Part shown: positions 13,047 to 26,684 of the stretch, one piece after another
Position numbering within the stretch: position 1 is the stretch's first letter
Layout: the number at the start of each line of letters is the position of its first letter
Origin: Amoebidium appalachense
Taxonomy: Eukaryota; Protista; Ichthyosporea
Direction: 5' to 3'
DNA: 64,000 nucleotides
Assembly (NCBI GenBank): GCA_963693365.1
Contig: CAVNZM010000005.1
Location: 7,076,710 to 7,140,709, forward strand
Program-made: the position numbers and the translations under genes
Notes under the pieces: generated by a model
Databases searched by the model: none
What the model was told of the DNA's origin: nothing
What the model saw: only the letters and a program-made list of their open reading frames with translations

Positions 13047-13227
13047 ACCTTTCCCTGTCGAGCTTCGCCTTTTCATCCTTAACCTGCTGCCTCGCCTCTT
13101 CCAGTTTCTTCGCCTTCTCTTCCAGCCCCTTCACCTCATCAATCACCTTCTTGATAAGTGAATTGTGTTCGTCCCGTGCCTTGGACAGAGCGCTAATCAC
13201 ACTGTCAAACACAAAATGTTCCTCCAT
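10647..13227 (-). CDS. coiled-coil + KCTD/T1-type BTB + WD40 repeat protein, 2 exons (13227-13049, 12021-10647), 517 aa
   Basis: The GT-AG intron 13048-12022 joins the exons in frame. BTB signature: [18 protein letters not shown]...SMLAAWFSG...[16 protein letters not shown]...EEFDFF. WD40 repeats: LVGHTKPV...[13 protein letters not shown]...[12 protein letters not shown]...VVW. The N-terminal exon is a heptad-rich helix. Confidence 0.9.
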
Positions 13228-14285
13228 GTTTGATGGCTACAAAGGCAAAATGCCTACCAACACTGCCTAAAACAGCAAACAGTAAACGGTAGAGAGCTAT
13301 TTCTTGTGGGTAGTCGTGTAATCCTGGATAGCTTTCTTTCTTTCTTTCCACTCAAAATCAATGAAGAAGCAACAACTCGTGGTATCCGAGGCAAAAGTAA
13401 CTAGCCTTTCGGAACCAAGCCTGCCCAGTTGCCCTTTTTTAATGTAACAGGGTGTGCTTGTCTTGCTATGCCTACCGCCTGCTTCCTTATCCCCCACACA
13501 TACATAAACACAACCACAACAAACGAAGAGATTAGTGTTGTCCCTAATTATTCCGACAATATACGTACAGTATTCCTCTATTCCTCTCCTTTCCCTGCGT
13601 CATATAAACCACGATGGTTTCAAAAACTTGCTTGGTCGAGTGATAGAGAGTGAGCTGGGGGTACGAATCCTCCGAAACACCAACGAAGCTTTGGGTTGTT
13701 TTGCCATCAAGAATTACATATATTGAGGAATTTTCCACGGTCACAGGACACAGATATGTCAGGTATGAAAGAAAAAAAGAAAAAAATTTCCCCGACAAAG
13801 GAGTAAACCAAAAACATTAAAATCCTGTTTTTATTTATTTATATCACTTCACTTTCCGCGAGCATTAAAACTTCTACATACACTTTGGTATAAAGTTTAT
13901 AAACCAGCAATGCCATGGCTGCCCGGACTGTCAGGCACAATATTTGAAACTGAATGTTACATTTTCAGGGGGGGCGTCACAGCTCAAGAGTTTGGAAAGC
14001 CCAGCCGTGATGTGATTCACTAAGGCGATGGCTCACGTGTAATCCAATCGATGGCGGCATGATGCGTTCAGTGTTCTGCTGGTGACCACGTGTTTACTGT
14101 AAAGTGTTTAATTGTATATACTGTACACGTATGTGTAGAGTATATGTGCTAATGTAAACACCCTCTCGGTTCCATTAATTAATTCACGTCTTCCTGACGG
14201 ATAATGTGCATCACTTGGAGTGTGCATGTGGCACCTAGGGATTTCTTTCTTTCTTTTTTCTTTTTCTTTTTCTTTTTTTTTTTTT

Positions 14286-14316
<31 letters not shown>

Positions 14317-14356
14317 GGGGAGGGGGGAGGGGAGGGAGGGGGGGGGGGGGGACGGT

Positions 14357-14393
<37 letters not shown>

Positions 14394-14675
14394 GGTGCTG
14401 TTTATTATCGACATGTACGTGAGCTGCAAAAGTACTGTACTTCCACCCGGTTATGGAGGACACGTGTGACAGGTGAAACTGTGAGTTACCCAATATAACC
14501 TCTTTGTGCAGTACAGTAACTAATGTCTGTAAGCAATTACCAGCTCGAGGTTGGCTGCCTCTACAGCTCACGGTCTCCCAGAACGGTTTTCAGAAAAAAT
14601 AGCCCGCTCACCCAGCAGTGATACAGGCTGTTCGTGGCACCCGCAGTTGGCAGTGTAGGGGGGCGGCGGCGGCGG

Positions 14676-14709
<34 letters not shown>

Positions 14710-15603
14710 GGGGGGGGATGTGCTGCTCATTGTCAATATGCAACCTGCAAGCCTGGAAAATTTGTGCTGTTTATTAGCGACATGCACAACATATTCGTGC
14801 ATGACAAACGCAAGTTCAGGAGGGCTTTTCAAAGCACCTGCATGGTTTGCACGCAGAGCGAGTCACATCATTCTAACATAGAGCTGACATGGTGAGTGGG
14901 CAGAACTGCTGCGTGGAGCATCTAGAGCACTGTGTCGGCCTGACCAAGCCTTGTCCATGTAATATTAGTTTTGACCAGTCTATGAAATCTCAACGCTCGG
15001 AAAGAACCCTTCGTAACTTCCTTACCCTTCCAGTTTCCCCTCTCACAAGTTCACGCCCACACTAACCAGTTTGCTGTTTCACTGTACGTCCACTAAGCTT
15101 CTTGCCTTCCGTGCAGTCACCTGCCCACTAAAAATATTAATTTATCATGCACATTTTCAATGATGGCACGAGAACTCCGTAGGCAAACGGTTTACACGTA
15201 CGTGCACATGTGTGCAAAGAAAGCCTTGAGTCAAGTGCAGAGCCGAGGAGCCTTGTCTGGCCCCGCCCAAAATTCTAGCATGTCGTTCTTTACCGATGTT
15301 GTGTCCTGTTGGGTGGAAGTACCTTTGTTGGCATTGGTGCCGGCACCTCATTACAGCTCATATACATGTCGTCAAGTAACAGCACTTTCAACCCCCCATC
15401 ACCAACACAACCCCCATCACTTTCCACTACAATTATTCTGCTGCAGCTGTTGCAACCTTGGTGGCCCGGAGTAGTACACGGCGCTCCACTCTTCCCAATC
15501 TATATATAGGAATACTCCAGCCACAAGCATCTAAAAATAGGGCTACAAGATCCGGTGCCCGCCGGCCGGCTTCCGGCGGCCGCTTCGCCATCGGCGCGAA
15601 GCA

Positions 15604-15646
15604 CACGTGATGGTGACGTCATTTGGCGCCAAAATTTTGATTTGAA
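15604..15646. promoter_or_regulatory. clustered cis-elements upstream of CCT3: E-box CACGTG (15604), CRE TGACGTCA (15614), E2F-like TTTGGCGCCAAAA (15622), CHR-like TTTGAA (15641)
   Basis: Four consensus words within 43 bp, next to a GC-rich patch about 270-300 bp upstream of the CCT3 ATG. Function is inferred. Confidence 0.5.
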
Positions 15647-15908
15647 AAGTGCAGCACACCTTTTACTCAGTTTGTTTTTTTCCTTCTGTTTTCTATATTA
15701 GTTTTTAGGAGCTCCCCCACTTGAACTTTTTCTCGCTCTTCCCTTATGTTAGCAACGGAAGAGACAGCGACCACATTCTCTCGTTTGTAAAGCGATAGGT
15801 TTTTTAGCCTGTCAATTATTGCGGTTAGCTAATTAGGCACAGGATTAGAACGAAGGAACCAACCACCTTTCAACCTGACAAAGGCTGTTTAGGCCCCCAA
15901 ACGCAAAC

Positions 15909-16509
15909 ATGCAGGCGCCTGTTATGGTCATGAGTACGTATATCCCCCCCTTTTTCATCTGTTTCCAGAGTATTACTTGGCCTGGACCTCTTTTCCTGCG
16001 TTGTTTGCCCGGATCTAACGTACGATCCCGTCTCCCTCCCACTTAGTCTAACCTCAGACTGAGGAAGGAATGAGTAGTGGGGGGCCGAGACCATAGGTGC
16101 CTTTTTTTTCTTGGCTTAAACACACAGGATTTAGGGGGAAAAGAAAGTTGTTTCCATGGGTATATTACCATTTAGGAAACATGTGTGGTTGCTGTTCTTG
16201 CTCCCCTCCGGCCACGTGATAAAAAGATAGCACGGGATCCTTGTGCGTTATTTTGACCGTGAAATAATTGTTACAAAACTCTGTTGTTTGCATCACGTTT
16301 TACCCATTATATATGCGTGTCAGACCGTCCACGAGATGCACGGACTTATTATTGGAAAACGACACTGTGTTTTTTAGGGCTACCTGCCCGTCTGCACGAC
16401 ACACATCAGTAGAGACACACGGTGGTGCATCTCCGGACACACGCATAGACCCCTACACACGTGCACACGTTCACACCCACACGATATTTCCCCTGCGCAC
16501 ACAACACAC

Positions 16510-16559
<50 letters not shown>

Positions 16560-16597
16560 CCTACACACACGTACACGTGCATAGGTGCCTGCACACC

Positions 16598-16634
<37 letters not shown>

Positions 16635-16929
16635 CACACACACACACACACGCACGCACATTGCGGCACGCGTGCGCTCAAACATACTTGCAGATGCACT
16701 CACCTACATGTGTGCGTACTTACATCCACGCCATTACAGGGCGCAATTTTGATGCATAAACCGTGGCTTTCACATATGCATATATCGATTTGAAACCTCG
16801 ACACATGCACTGATATGTTAGCTTGCTTGTGTGCATGCACACAAGCACACTTCCACTTTCAGATGCCACACACAACTCTAAACGTCTGAACAAACATGGG
16901 TTTGGTCTTCACACGATTGTGCAGACACA

Positions 16930-17005
<76 letters not shown>

Positions 17006-17336
17006 TACACATATACCCCCACCCCCCCCCCACACACACACCCATTGAGGCCCCAACACCTCTACTCGTTCTTTCCTAGTAGCGTTTTCGCCATCTGCCA
17101 ACCACGCATGGACCACTCTCTAAGTTTGTTTTCAATGCAGACCAGAACATCAAGAAGGATGAGGGCCCCAAGGTACAGATACAGAACATTGCCGCCGCAA
17201 AGGTGTGTACCATGTAGTTCTATTCTACACTACACCTCCCTTTTTTTTTGGTTTTTTCTGTTTATCTTTTTTTGGTAGGAGGAGAGAGACGGGGCGGGGG
17301 GACGGGGGGAGGGGAGGAGGGGAGAGGGGGCGCGGG

Positions 17337-17377
<41 letters not shown>

Positions 17378-18227
17378 GGAGGAGGGAGAGGGTGGGGGGG
17401 CGGAGAGGAGAGGGAGGGGGATGTCTGTTCGAAGCTGTGGAAATATGTGGTGTTTGCTTGCGAAGGGCTTATGTATTTCATGCCTAATATGTGTGTGTTT
17501 CCTTTCGACGGTGGCAGTGATGGATGGTGGGCAGGAGAAGCCAGTGTGGTAAGAAAAAGGTGGAAGGAAGGGGAAAGGGGGGAGGTGGCAGGGGGGGGGG
17601 GGGGGGGGGGGGGAGCACAGTACCTAGCATTTGGCCTGTCGAGCTGGTTGAGGGAGGGAGAGGTGTGTTATTGGAGGGGGGGGGGGGGGGGGGGGGGGCA
17701 GTTTCATATATCTTTTATGTTTTTCATAATGGGCTTAGGAAAGTATTTGTTGCTATTGGCATAAACAGTCACACAGCTGCATCGCTGTGCCATGCCTTGC
17801 TTTAAGGTGCCATCACGTGCGGGAGGGGGGGGGGGGGGGGGGTCGTATTTCATTTTCAAACTTGTAGAAGTGAGAATGATCTTGAGAATCGTATGTAATA
17901 GTGTGTTTGGGTGGGTGTGTGGGGCGGGGAGGGGGGGACTGGGGAGAGAGGCCTGGGGGGGAAAGGGGGTGTGGGCAGGAGAGAGAAATTAGGCAAAAAG
18001 CAACAGGTTGTAGAGCAACTTTATACGAGAAACAGACACACAAGACTATGGCTGTTTGAACTTGTCTACAAAATACTTTTAGGTGTGCACACACACACAC
18101 ACACACACACACACCTCCGACGTGCTGCCATCTCCACTAGTCACACGTAGGGGCTCATAGGTACACACACGCTCGTTCATGCCTTCTCTCTCTCTCTCTC
18201 TCCCTCCCTCCCTCCCTCCCTCCCTCC

Positions 18228-18302
<75 letters not shown>

Positions 18303-18474
18303 TTCTCTCCCTCTCTTACTCTCCTGAACAGACACTCACATTCACATTTATAAACACACACACACACACCCTCCCAAACACACACACACACACACACACT
18401 CCCAAACACACACACACACACACACACACTCCCGCCCTACCCCCCACCCTTCCCCCCCCCCCCCCCCCCCCCCG

Positions 18475-18547
<73 letters not shown>

Positions 18548-18822
18548 ACAGGCCGTAGCAGACGTCATCCGCACGTCTCTGGGCCCGCGGTCCATGCTTA
18601 AGATGCTCCTTGACCCCATGGGGGGCATTGTTCTCACCAACGACGGCAACTCGATCCTGAGAGAGATTGACGTGAGCCACCCGGCAGCAAAGTCCATGGT
18701 GGAGATCAGCCGGGCACAAGATGAGGAGGTGGGAGACGGCACAACGTCAGTTATCATTCTCGGTGAGTTTGTGTGCATGCATGTTTTTTTTTTTTGTTTT
18801 TTTGTTTTTTTGGTGTGTATGT

Positions 18823-18878
<56 letters not shown>

Positions 18879-19023
18879 TTCTTGCCAAAGGTGAATCATT
18901 CCTATAAACGGACCTGATGCCGGTCGTGTGGCACCCACTTGTACGAACCCACATCGAATGTGATGAACAGGCGACGATTGATATGCCCCCCCCCCCCCCC
19001 CCCCCCTCCCCCCCCCCCTCCAA

Positions 19024-19072
<49 letters not shown>

Positions 19073-19570
19073 TCCTCACCCCACCCCACACCATTCTACC
19101 CCAACTCACCCCCCACACATACACACGAACTTGCACACGCACACAAGTCTTGCACACACCTGGGCTTCAGCCCACCTATTCACCTGCTTCGCCACCACTC
19201 CCACACAGGCACACACACACCACCACAACCCGGTGCCTTTCGCAGTCACCACCCACATATTTTCTCAGCTGCACATGCACACACACACATCTTGACACAT
19301 ACCCCCTGCCTCGCGCAAGCTCCGGGTTAGAATATAATTGTATTTACAGTAGGCCCCACTGCAAGTGCGCCGTTGTTGTAGAGCTATTGTAACTGGTGCC
19401 TAGCATTCCCATACGACCCACCACCACCACCACCACCACCGTGTGTTCGTGCCTGCATGAAGTTAGAAAGTTTTGAGGTTTTATCCAGTTGCCCTTGGTC
19501 ATGTGTTCGGTTTACGCTTGGATGTGTAATGTGTGTAAGCTTCTACACCACTACCCACAGTACAAACACA

Positions 19571-19607
<37 letters not shown>

Positions 19608-20214
19608 TCCGGCTTCTTTATGTGTGCTCTGCAATGGGCATCGTGTTGTCTGTCGTGATGTGTACTTGGTGCACGGTTACGCTTTCTGACCCCCCCTCCC
19701 CCCGCCAACACACACACACACACCCCACTCCCCACCCCACCCACCCTCTCCCACCCTCTCCTCCGTTCCCCTTCCCCTCACACCCACCCACCCCTAACCC
19801 ACTCCTCCCCCTCCCTCCCCCCCCCCCCCCCCCCCCCCCCTTCCCCATATCAGCGGGTGAGGTGCTCGCAGTAGCGCAGCCCCTCCTCGAACGCGGCATG
19901 CACCCATCTATTATCGTTGCTGGGTTCAGTCGCGCTCTTGATGACATGTTAACGGTTCTGGAAAAGGAGATAGCGGTGCCCATCGATACAAACAACCAGG
20001 CTCAACTCGAAGAAATCGTGCGCAGTTGCATCGGAACGAAGTTTCTCAAGAAGTGGAGCGCGATGGCGTGCAATATTGCCATCGACGCGGTGAAGACGGT
20101 GATGGTGGAGGACGGGGGAAGGAAGGAGATTGATATCAAGAGATATGCAAAGGTCGAAAAGGTGCGTGAGAGAGTATGTGTGTGCAGTTTCCCGCCTCCC
20201 GTCTCTCCCCCCTT

Positions 20215-20274
<60 letters not shown>

Positions 20275-20583
20275 ACACACACACCACCACCACCACCACC
20301 ACCACTCTCCCGATGCTAGACCGTAACACACATCCTTAGACACACCCAGAGAGAGAGATATAGTGACGCACACACGCGGACACACACAAGCACACGTGTG
20401 CGCACACACATACACACACACACACACACACACGCACATGCGCGCGCGCGCGTGCCACACTGAAGGACGGACACACACACGCGCACGCACAAGCGCAAAA
20501 TGGCAAACTGCCGATGTCACACGTTGTTCCCTCGGTGTCGTCGCCTCTCTCTCCGTTTTTCTGCATCACAATCGCCCATCCTC

Positions 20584-20618
<35 letters not shown>

Positions 20619-21599
20619 GCATAGATGTGTCCGCGGCCGGCCCGGGACCAGATTCGACGGAATAAACGCTAGCAGGCCCAGATCGATAATGGCGTATGTC
20701 GTCAGCATTTTACTCAATATTTCAGCCACTACAACTGTCAAAGCCCCATACATGCTTGATTAAAAATACGTAGAAGACAAAGGCGCTCATTTTGGTACCT
20801 AGTTTATTACATAATAAATTATAACACAAACTTTCACTAAGTAAAGCGGTAATGCACACCCCCTTGATAGAAGCCGAAATTCGAAATGTTGGACTGTCAA
20901 TCTAAATCGACCAATTAAATGTGCCAGCTCAAATTCGTAGGCTCCCCCTGGCGGCTTCTCATCGGATGGCATTTTGAACTTCTAATGCCGCTGGCGCCAG
21001 CGGCGTTATGGCTACAAAGCCAAGTCTTACTTAGTTGAAGTTTATTTTTTTTTTGTCGCGCTAAGCCACGAATGATGTCAAAAAAAAGGTCTTCGCGTTA
21101 TAAGCCTAAGTTTGTTAGGCTTTTAGTGCATAGAAACAGTGTTTTTTATGGATGAAAAGGGATTCGGGCCCATTTTATTGATCCAGGCCTGCTAGCTTTT
21201 TATCCACAATCTGAGCCGCGGACACATCTATACCCTTTTTTTCCGACCTCCCCCACCTGTTAACACTACTTCCATTTTCCATTTCCCGTTTTCAGATCCC
21301 AGGTGGAGACATCAGCGAAAGCGAAGTTCTCAAAGGTGTGATGCTCAACAAGGACGTTACGCACAGCCGGATGCGCAGGCGCATCGAAAACCCCCGCATC
21401 ATCCTTTTGGACTGCCCGTTGGAATACAAGAAGGGGGAGAGCCAGACGAACATTGAGATTGTTCGGGAGGAGGACTGGAACACGATTCTGAAGCAGGAGG
21501 AGGAGGCGGTGGAGCAGATGTGCAGGGATATTCTTGCCTTCAAGCCTGACTTGGTCATCACCGAGAAGGGCGTGTCGGGTAAGTATTTTTTTTTTTTTT

Positions 21600-21630
<31 letters not shown>

Positions 21631-21670
21631 GGGGTAAACGTGTTTTGCTGATGTTGTGGGAAAGGGGAGG

Positions 21671-21701
<31 letters not shown>

Positions 21702-22468
21702 TGTGAGTGGTTTAGATGTGTGCCCTTTTTTTGGGCCTTCAAGGCCGATTTGGTCATCACGGAGAAGCGTGTGTAGAGTGCGTAAATGGCCAGTTGTTTG
21801 GGCGAGATGTTTTTTTTTTTTTTTTTTTTTTTTTTTGGGGGGGGGGGGGTTGTGTACGCGTGTTTTTTAGTGGGGTTGCTGTTTGTATATTCTACTCTTT
21901 GTGGGGGGGGAGGAGGGGGGCAGGGGCGGGGGGGCAGGGGCGGGGGCTCTACGGGCTGTGTGTGTGTGTGGATGCTTTTTTTCCTGTGTGTGTTACTTAG
22001 TGGGTAAATTGTTGTCAAGGAGGGGCCAGGTGAACAGCTGTTGGTGGTTGCAGTCATGGAAAAGCGGAATGTCACTCGGTGGGCTGATGGTGTTGGGGTT
22101 TGTGTGTGTGTGTGTGTGTGTGTTGGGTGGGGGGGGGGGGGAGGGGGGGGGGAAGGGATCGAGAAGCTTTGGGGTAAACTAAGTTGGGTTCGAGGGAGGC
22201 GTTGGGGTATATGGACTTCCAGATGGCACACAGCACAATATTCACTCAAGTACACGGACACACACCCACACGCGGAAGGTCACACATTCACACGCGAATT
22301 TACGCACATTCGCACACACACAGAAACACGTTCACACACATCTGCAAACACACACACACAACATGCATGCATGCGCACATCCCTCCCTCCCCCCCCCCCC
22401 CCCCCCCTCCCAACCACCACCACCATCGCCAGCAGCAGCACCACCGCCACCACCACACACACACGCAT

Positions 22469-22525
<57 letters not shown>

Positions 22526-22746
22526 CCTCCCCAATGATGATGTGGTCTGCTTTATATGCAGGCTCTCTATGTGTGTTTTGCAGCACGCATTATGTGGTCC
22601 GTTGTGAATGTGTGCTTCATCCTCTCTAACACATTCCCCCCGCCCCCCTCCCCCCCCCCCCCCTTCCCCCACCCACCCCACCCCTCTCTCTCCCCCCATC
22701 CACCTACCCACCATCCCCTTCCCCACACCCTTCCCCTCCCTCCCCC

Positions 22747-22778
<32 letters not shown>

Positions 22779-23704
22779 CCCCCCCTCCAGACCTAGCGCA
22801 GCACCATCTCGTCAAGGCAGGTGTGACTGCCATCCGCCGTGTGCGCAAGACAGACAACAACCGCATTGCACGTGCATGCGGGGCCACCATAGTGAGCAAG
22901 ACGGACGAGATCAGGGAGAGTGACGTGGGCACGGGCGCGGGCCTGTTTGAGGTGAAGAAGATTGGCGATGAGTATGTGGAAACCTTTTCTTCCCCTCCCT
23001 TCCCTCCCCCCCCGTCCCCCTCTATTTCTCTGTCCCATGTCTCCCCCCCCCCCCCCCCCCCCCCTCCCCCCCTCCCCTCCCCTTCTCCATAGGTTAGGGA
23101 GTCGGGGAACTTTGTAGAAGCCCGGCTTATGCTCTACTTCTCTGCTTGTTTTCTTGGGTTTTTGCTGTTTGCGTTTTTGTAGACTCTGTTTTCTTAGATT
23201 GCTGCTCCTTGAACAACCCTGCTCGTCTTTGGCCAAGACGGGTGGACTCGCCTATTGCTGTTGAAACAAAGTATGGGTTGGGAACCACGCGCGAGAGGTT
23301 AAAGAGTCGAAACCCATGCTTTTGTGGAGGCATAGGAACCCCCCTGATGATGGGCTCTGTTCAAGTGTCTTCTGCCTGTACGCTTAATTGTTTGATTTTA
23401 GATTTCCCACGTTTGTGACGTTTTGTTGTTGCCCTTTGTTGTCTCTTCCATATTTCCAACCCTCTAACGCATACATCCCCCCCCCCCCCCCCCCCAAAAA
23501 AAAAAAAAAAAAAAAAACATCAGAAAGAAAGAGAAAAAGAGAGGGAGCAAGGGGTAGGGAGGGGAGGGGAGGGAGAGAAAGTGATGTCTTTCCTCTCTCT
23601 CTTTTTTTTTTTTATGTGGCCGAGGCATAAAAATCGCCCGGTCAGTGGCATTTTAGCGATTCTACCATTCTATATTGCCACCCTCTCATGCCCTCCCTCG
23701 CATC

Positions 23705-23751
<47 letters not shown>

Positions 23752-25283
23752 ACACACACCCACACCAACCAACCACCACCACCACCACACACACTTACAC
23801 GAACAAACACTTACACACACTAACTCACTCACTCACACATCACACACACGCACACACACGTACACGTACACGCACACACACAGCTACTTCACGTTCATCA
23901 CGGAGTGCAAGGACCCCAAGGCCTGCACCATTCTCCTCCGTGGGGCCAGCAAGGACATCCTAGCAGAGGTCGAGAGGAACCTCCAAGACGCAATGAATGT
24001 CGTCAGGAACGTGCTTAATGGGCCTATGCTCTGCCCAGGTGGCGGTGCTACGGAGATGGTGTGTGTGTGTGTTGTGTGTGTGCCTGTGTATTTTTTCTGT
24101 ATGGGTGGTGGTGTGTGTGTGTTTGTGTGTGTGTGTGGGGGGGGGGGGGGGGGGGGGGGGGAGTAGATAGGTGTGTGTGGGTGGGTAGAGGAACCTCCAA
24201 GACGCAATGAATGTCGTCAGGAACGTGCTTGCTGGGCCTATGCTGTGGCCAGGTGGCGGTGCTACGGAGATGTTGTGTGTGTGTGTGGGGGGGGGGGGGG
24301 GAAGAGAGAGAGTTGTTTTTGTTTTTGTTTTTGTTTTTTTTTTGGGGGGGGGGGGGGAGTTAAGGATGTGTGTGTGTCTGTGTGTGTGTGTGTGTTACAC
24401 ACGTGTATGAGTGTTTGGGTGTTTGGTGCACGTTTATGTGTTGGTGTGGGGGGAGGGGGGGAGGAGGGAGGGGAATGTGTTGGACAGGTTTACTTTTGCA
24501 TGGGGCAGGCAGGTACTAGCCACCTGCACATGCACTGTCTATAGTCCTTCTTTGTTGGTCTGCTATGTTTTTGATGCGTCCTGTTATTTGTATGTGTGGC
24601 CCCACCTTAACACATGTACGTGCACATAAACAGGCTCTTACTCCCCCCCTCCCTCTTTCTCTCTCTCTTCTCTCTCTTTCTATCCTCTCCCCCAACAACC
24701 ACCTATCCCCTCCTTCACCTCCCCTACACCCTTCCTTCACTCCTCCCACACACACATACACTCACATTCAATACACTCACACTCACTCGAACCCCCCCCC
24801 CTAAGCGTGTTACTACCCTGCGGCGTGGGTCAAATCTCATATTTTCCCCTCTGATTACGAATTCTGCGGCCTTCGGGACTTAATTCTTTTCAGCTGGTGT
24901 AGTATGTTAGCCAGGGAAGTATCGACTTAGGTATCGACGGGGGAGCTTCCTAGAAGCCCCGTCTCCTGAGTTCCTATCTATATTTTTCTTGCTTCTGCTT
25001 ACTGCTGCAACTTTAACCCCCGGCCTTTCCCACTGCCCTTGCCTGCATAAGCAACCCTGCTCGTCTCTGATCAAGACGGGTGACCTACTCATGTTCAAGT
25101 GAAACAGTATCTGAGTTGGGTTTCGTTAACGAGGGGAATAGGTCGAAACTCGGGTACTGTGGATGACGTGGGCCCCCCCTGAGGATGGGCTCTGCTTATT
25201 ATGCATACTCTTTATGTATGGCTTGCATTCTGCATCGTGTTATCCGTTTGTTCTTGTGTACTTCGTACTTTTTAACGCATTCA

Positions 25284-25339
<56 letters not shown>

Positions 25340-26430
25340 ACACACAACCACCACCACCTCCCTCTCTCTCTCTCTCTCTCCCTCCCTCTTTCTCTTTCTC
25401 TCTCTCTACACAGGCGATTGCTGCCGCGCTTGAGAAGCGTGCTGCAGCCATTGAGGGTGTGCAGCAGTACCCCTACCGGGCAGCAGCAAGTGCCCTGGAG
25501 GTCATCCCCCGGACACTGATTCAGAACTGTGGAGAGAATGTTATCCGTACACTCACAAAGCTCAGGGTAGGCCACACACCTTTTTCCCCGAAACACGCAT
25601 GTACAAAAGGCACACATAGACACCCATCTTCTCTGTTTCTTTCTGCCTCAATGCGACTCGTCTGCTTGCTTGCTCTCTCCCTTTGTCCCCCAGTCACACT
25701 GTCTCTCCCTCCGTCTCTCCCCTCCCCCCCGAGGATGGGCTCTGCTTCTGACGCATACTGTGCGCATGGCTGATGTTGCATACTTGAATGTTTGCCTTTG
25801 CATGTGTCCTTCGTGTATGCGTACTTCGTACCGTGTTCCGCATTCAAACCCCCCCCCCCCCTCCTCCTCCCCCCTGAACCCTCTCTCTCTTCCCCCCCCC
25901 CCCCTCCTATGTGTGCTTGCACCATCATTCCACAAGCCATGACCACACCTTCCCTGATTGGTCCTTCCATGCACATTACCATAATAGGCAATGCACGCCA
26001 AGGAGGGCCACACACGGTGGGGTGTGGACGGAGACACGGGGAAGCTGGTGGACATGAAGGAGCTGGGCATCTGGGAGCCAATGGCTGTAAAGCAGCAGAC
26101 ACTCAAGACCGCCGTGGAGGTACGTGTGTGCGTGTGTACGTGTGTGTGTGCAAACATACATGTGGATACGTGTGTGTGTGCAAACATACATGTGGATACT
26201 TGTGTGTGTGCAAACATACATGTGGATACGTGTGTTGTGCAAACATACATGTAGATACGTGTGTGTGTATGCAAACGCTTGAGATACACGTGCATGCATA
26301 CGCTAGGAGCACAGATTAGGCGCTTCACCCCTTGTCGATGTACGTGCATGCAAACACATCTAATAGTTCTAAGCACGATTCGTTGGAGAGGAAAGGATGC
26401 ACGGGAGAGGGAGGGAGGAAAGGGCGCCTT

Positions 26431-26470
<40 letters not shown>

Positions 26471-26631
26471 GGGGGGGGGGGAGGTTCTAGGTATGTATGG
26501 AAGGGCTGTTAAGGGTCTGTCAGCTTCGTTGCAAAACGGAAACACGACAGTGATTGCACACAGACAGATGCACAGGTACTGACCCGTGGCCAAAAACATC
26601 GTATGCCTACACGCAGCCACGTGTGCGCGCA

Positions 26632-26684
<53 letters not shown>

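Noticed and set aside
14578-14625. Short inverted similarity to 37193-37232 (aaccgttctggga)
   Set aside because: Too short to define an element; noted only as a possible old repeat.
23208-23365. Canonical hammerhead ribozyme call
   Set aside because: CUGAUGA and GAAAC are present, but stems I and II cannot be closed in hammerhead geometry by eye and the triplet would be GUG. Reported only as an unidentified structure.
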